Shown here piece after piece: positions 9,182-12,128 of a stretch of DNA of 12,128 nucleotides. Source of the stretch: Azolla caroliniana. Its lineage: Eukaryota > Plantae > Polypodiophyta. The notes under the pieces are model-generated. The model searched no databases and was not told where the DNA came from. It was given only the letters and a program-made list of their open reading frames with translations. The stretch covers positions 1-12,128 of the forward strand of contig JBHGNT010001097.1 of NCBI GenBank assembly GCA_043228905.1, read 5' to 3'. Position 1 is the first letter of the stretch, and every line of letters starts with the position of its first letter. Both the position numbers and the translations under genes were made by a program.

Positions 9182-9197
9182 TCCCACGGGTGTGCCA
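9182..9197 (-). promoter_or_regulatory. Primer-binding site of the non-autonomous element
   Basis: TGGCACACCCGTGGGA, 5 nt after the LTR CA. The initial TGG complements tRNA CCA, and the sequence resembles TGGCACGCCC(A/G)GTGGGA-type gypsy PBSs; tRNA identity not verified. Confidence 0.65.
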
Positions 9198-9202
9198 TAA
9201 TG

Positions 9203-9685
9203 TGTTACCGTACGAGATGTACGGGAGATTTATAAGTGTGTGAGGGTGAAAGACGTAATGTTATTGTTGTGTAATTGTGTAATTCTGAGTGTGAGTCAAT
9301 ACGTATGTGAACACATGCACACGTGTGTGCATGTGGACATATACGAAGAGGTGTGAGTGAGTGATTAGTGTGAATGGACAAGGGGGTTTGCACCTCTATG
9401 TATCTACCCCGCTTGTAACTATTTAACCGCTTATGGGGAATGAATGAAGGAATATTTCTCTCTCAATCTCTTTCTCTTGTCATTTCTCTCTCTCTCTCTC
9501 TCTCCCTTACATTGAACCCCCTTGGGAGGGGAGTGGAGCCATTCTAGGCAACACCCCCCACCCCTCAATGCTTGTCAACATCTTCATGATCTCTCTCACC
9601 ATCATACCGTTCATCATCTTCACTATTATACCATGTCTATCTTCATCATCATTAACCCTAACCCTAACCCTAAAAACCTATAACA
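9203..9685 (-). repeat. 5' LTR of the non-autonomous element
   Basis: On the - strand it runs TGTTATAGG...GGTAACA and is followed by the PBS. It contains (TTAGGG)3 at 9670-9653, plus (GA)n and (GAT)n tracts. Confidence 0.88.
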
Positions 9686-9863
9686 AATCCAAATGTGGTA
9701 AATGGCACATGTTGCCCCTAAGAGTCGTCGGACCTACATTCCACCTTCATCGTTGAGATGGCCTCGACCTTGGCCGAAGACGGTTTTCCACTAGGATCTA
9801 CGACTATTCAAACATCGACTTCTCCCTAGAGAAGGTAAGTCACGCTTCTTCTAGCCTTCGTAG
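9686..9863 (-). pseudogene. pol: Upstream (RT) part of the same gypsy pol interrupted at 8475-9685
   Basis: LRRLEEA*LTFSREKSMF...ILV...KPSSAKVEAISTMKVEC..VRRLLG..YHIWI, continuing at 8472 as IPHYA. Confidence 0.85.
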
Positions 9864-10111
9864 TTGGTGAGGATTGAACCTACAACCTCACATCAACAAA
9901 ATGTCATGCTCAACCATTTTGATATGAGCATGCATTTGTATATAATAGTTTAGTATTCTATAGTCTAACATATAGTACATTTCAAAATCAGAATATTCTA
10001 GTCGTTAGTATATTCTAGAAATATTGTACAATATATTCTAGATGGGTATATTCTAAAGATATTTCTCGAGTATATTCTAGAGATATTCAATATCAAAACA
10101 TGTATAAATAC
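9864..10111 (+). mobile_element. U3-like LTR fragment (tRNA-like module, TATTCTA array, TATA), cut by copia copy 2
   Basis: Six TATTCTA copies (9954, 9994, 10011, 10034, 10049, 10073) and TATAAATA at 10103-10110. Module order is the same as in 4971->4765. Confidence 0.45.
9870..9924 (-). promoter_or_regulatory. tRNA-like Pol III A-box/B-box module 3 (not a tRNA)
   Basis: On the - strand: TATCAAAATGG (9924-9914), 33-nt gap, GGTTCAATCCT (9880-9870). Confidence 0.45.
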
Positions 10112-10555
10112 TATAAAAGATAATGTGCGGAAGCTTAGATAACCGGCTCAACCGGATAACAACAGTAGAACAGAAATGAAGGTTTAATGGAAGCTTAAGA
10201 ATACACATACACGGGAGAGAAAGAGAGAGCAGAAAAGCATAAACATAATTAAAAAATAATAACACTCTCTACATACAAATGTCCTACATAACACTTTTTA
10301 TACAAGTCCTTAAAAGTACTAACATGTACTTCCATGCTCATACGAGTGACTGACACTAACTCCAGGGAATATGCCTACGTACTAGGCTCAACCATAGGCT
10401 CCAACGGCCTACCGGTTCTCACTATTCCGGAGTACAATCCGGTTCTCTGGTCCGGTTCTAGCTTTCAGGTACCTATCCGGTTCTCCAGTCCAGATACTGA
10501 TCCAGCTCTGGCTTATTCAGCCGATCTAGATCTGGTTGAGCTTGCCCGCTCAACA
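10112..10555 (-). mobile_element. 3' LTR of copia copy 2 (~444 bp)
   Basis: TGTTGAG start at 10555 after the PPT CTTGAGGGGGAG (10567-10556), and TATA at 10302-10295. It aligns to the copy 1 LTR through AAGCTTCCGCAC; the terminal CA appears mutated to TA. Confidence 0.82.
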
Positions 10556-11184
10556 CTCCCCCTCAAGCTCAACTTGAGGTTGGATCACTATGTGTGTCCA
10601 CCGGTCCTTTCCTCCGGCTCCTCCTAGTGTCTTCCTACCTTGCTCGCGCTCATTGACCCATCCAGTTCTGCTTCCCACGACCCATCCGGTCCCGCACACT
10701 TCGATCTTCTTGATCGGCTTGTCTGCTCATAAGGCCCTTCTCAACTCCTTTGTTGTTGTGCCTTCAATGCTTCTCAACCCGTTGTTGTCGACTTCCACTG
10801 CCTCCTCGTCTATTTGGCCTTCTGTTTATTCGGCTCCTCCTAATCAAGCTCCTCTTCAGAATCGGTTGCCTCCGATTCGTTCCAGCTCTTGTCTAAATTG
10901 GCTTTCTCCAATTTGTCTTCAACCTTCAGGACCTTTACCCCGTCGGACCACACCCGGGTCTTGACCTTCTTCCTCATTCGGCTCTATCCTTCTTGACTCT
11001 GCCGCTGTCGCCGCTTGTTCCAACTTTATCGAATGTTCCGACTTCTTCAGTCGACTCGGCTTCCTGTTTCTTCTTGTCTCTCCCTGCTTCGGTTGTTTCC
11101 TTCTCTCCGCCTCCTTGTCCAGTGACATTGCCTGTTTTCCTGGTTTCCGTTCTAGTTCCGGTTCTCCCCGTATCAGTACCGGTT

Positions 11185-12128
11185 CTCCCCCTCAAGTGTG
11201 GCATGTCGAGATGTTGAAGACCAAGCATCTCCAAAAAATGCTGCAACTTGTCGGTTCCAAGGGCCTTGGTGAACATGTCGGCAACCTGTTGATCCGTCCA
11301 AACATAGCGAAGTACTATTTCATCGTTGAGGACCCTCTCGTGCACGAAGTGATAATGCACTTCGATGTGCTTTATGTGAGCATGGAATACGAGGTTCTCG
11401 ACGAGTTGCATGCTACTCATGTTATCACAGTAGATTGGGATCAGAGTCAATACTTCGATCCGAAGGTCTTGCATCAGCCACTGAGGTCAAAAGGCTTCAC
11501 AGGTGGCAATGGTAGCACCCCAATACTCAGCCTCAGTGCTCGAAAGAGCCATTGTTGGCTATTTCTGGTTGCTCCACGCAACAACTGCACTACCCAGAGA
11601 AAATATAAATCTGTATGTTGACCGTTGATCTAATGTGTCACCAACCCAGTCAGCATGTGTATAACCGACTAGCTTCTCGATTATACTGTGTCAGTATAAT
11701 TGTCCCCGGTCCTTAGTGCCGCTAACATACCTCAATATTCGGTGCGCGCACTGAAGGTGCTCCACGGTTGGCTTCTGCATGAATTGACTGATCGCGCCGA
11801 CCAGATAGCTAATGTCAGGTCGGGTGATTGTTAAATAAATAAGGCTTCCGACAATTTGTCGGAACCGTCTCTCGTTGCAGGTCGGTTCGGAGTCGGGACG
11901 AAGCTTCAAGTTCCGGTCTAGAGGTGTGGAGACTGGTCGGCAATCCTTCATGCCGAATTTGTACAGTATATTCAACACATAATGTCGTTGAGAGAGCAGT
12001 ATGCCGTCAATGGTATGGATCACTTCGATCCAGAGGAAGTAATGAAGGTCCCCTAGGTCCTTCATTTCGAATGCATTCGAGAACGGGTCTGTTGATGACT
12101 AGATATCCACGTATAACAAGATACATAT
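11185..12128 (-). pseudogene. pol: Copia RT (from YVDD) and RNase H, degenerate
   Basis: ILLYVD(D)LVI at the right edge, MKDLGDLHYFLWIEV, FRQIVGSLIYLTITRPDISY, IYCDNMSSMQLVENLVFHAHIKHIEVHYHF, QVADMFTKAL, ...HLRG. Confidence 0.95.

Larger units (their letters stand above)
8475..9685 (-). mobile_element. Complete non-autonomous LTR element (TRIM-like or internal-deletion derivative), 1211 bp
   Basis: Two direct repeats of ~490 bp, a 231-bp non-coding interior, TGTTA...TAACA termini and TSD AATCA (8470-8474) / AATCC (9686-9690). Excision restores the host frame YHIWI|PHYA. Confidence 0.9.
10112..12128 (-). mobile_element. Ty1/copia element copy 2 (RT-RNaseH, 3' extension, PPT, 3' LTR), continuing off the right edge
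   Basis: Colinear homolog of 4972-7189 in the opposite orientation. Confidence 0.93.

Noticed and set aside
8946-9670. Relic telomere or chromosome fusion site
   Set aside because: Only 2-3 hexamers, same orientation, at the same position in each LTR; they are part of the element.
9954-10088. CRISPR-like array
   Set aside because: Repeats are only 7-8 nt with irregular short spacing, no cas genes, and a eukaryotic TE context.
10111-10240. TATAAAAGA plus GA-rich tract as a continuation of the 9864-10111 LTR fragment
   Set aside because: Aligns instead with the 3' end of the copia LTR (copy 1 ~7050-7189) on the - strand.
4972-12128. Copia copies 1 and 2 as one recent inverted duplication
   Set aside because: Too diverged, with many substitutions and different indels, and their flanks are unrelated; independent insertions.

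Overview
Eukaryotic, plant-type heterochromatic window made almost entirely of nested, degenerate LTR retrotransposons. No intact host gene, rRNA, true tRNA or CRISPR is visible. The family mix suggests a moss such as Physcomitrium, but that is inference only. Left to right: (1) Copia gag start plus putative leader (-, 1-549); (2) 3' half of a Ty3/gypsy integrase with PPT and 3' LTR (+, 550-2221); (3) Tf1/sushi/Tcn1-like chromovirus pol fragment (-, ~2240-4380) and a probable 5' LTR (-, 4441-4971) carrying a phased heat-shock-element array and two tRNA-like A/B-box modules; (4) Copia copy 1 with RT-RNaseH, a long charged 3' extension containing a 314-bp foreign insert, PPT and LTR (+, 4972-7189); (5) gypsy RT-RH-IN pseudogene (-, 7190-9863) split by a complete 1.2-kb non-autonomous two-LTR element with a 5-bp TSD and telomere-like U3 ends (8475-9685); (6) an LTR-like fragment with a third tRNA-like module (9864-10111); (7) Copia copy 2, a diverged relative of copy 1 (-, 10112-12128). 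Most supplied ORFs are pseudogene pieces or antisense shadows. All alignments and counts were done by eye.
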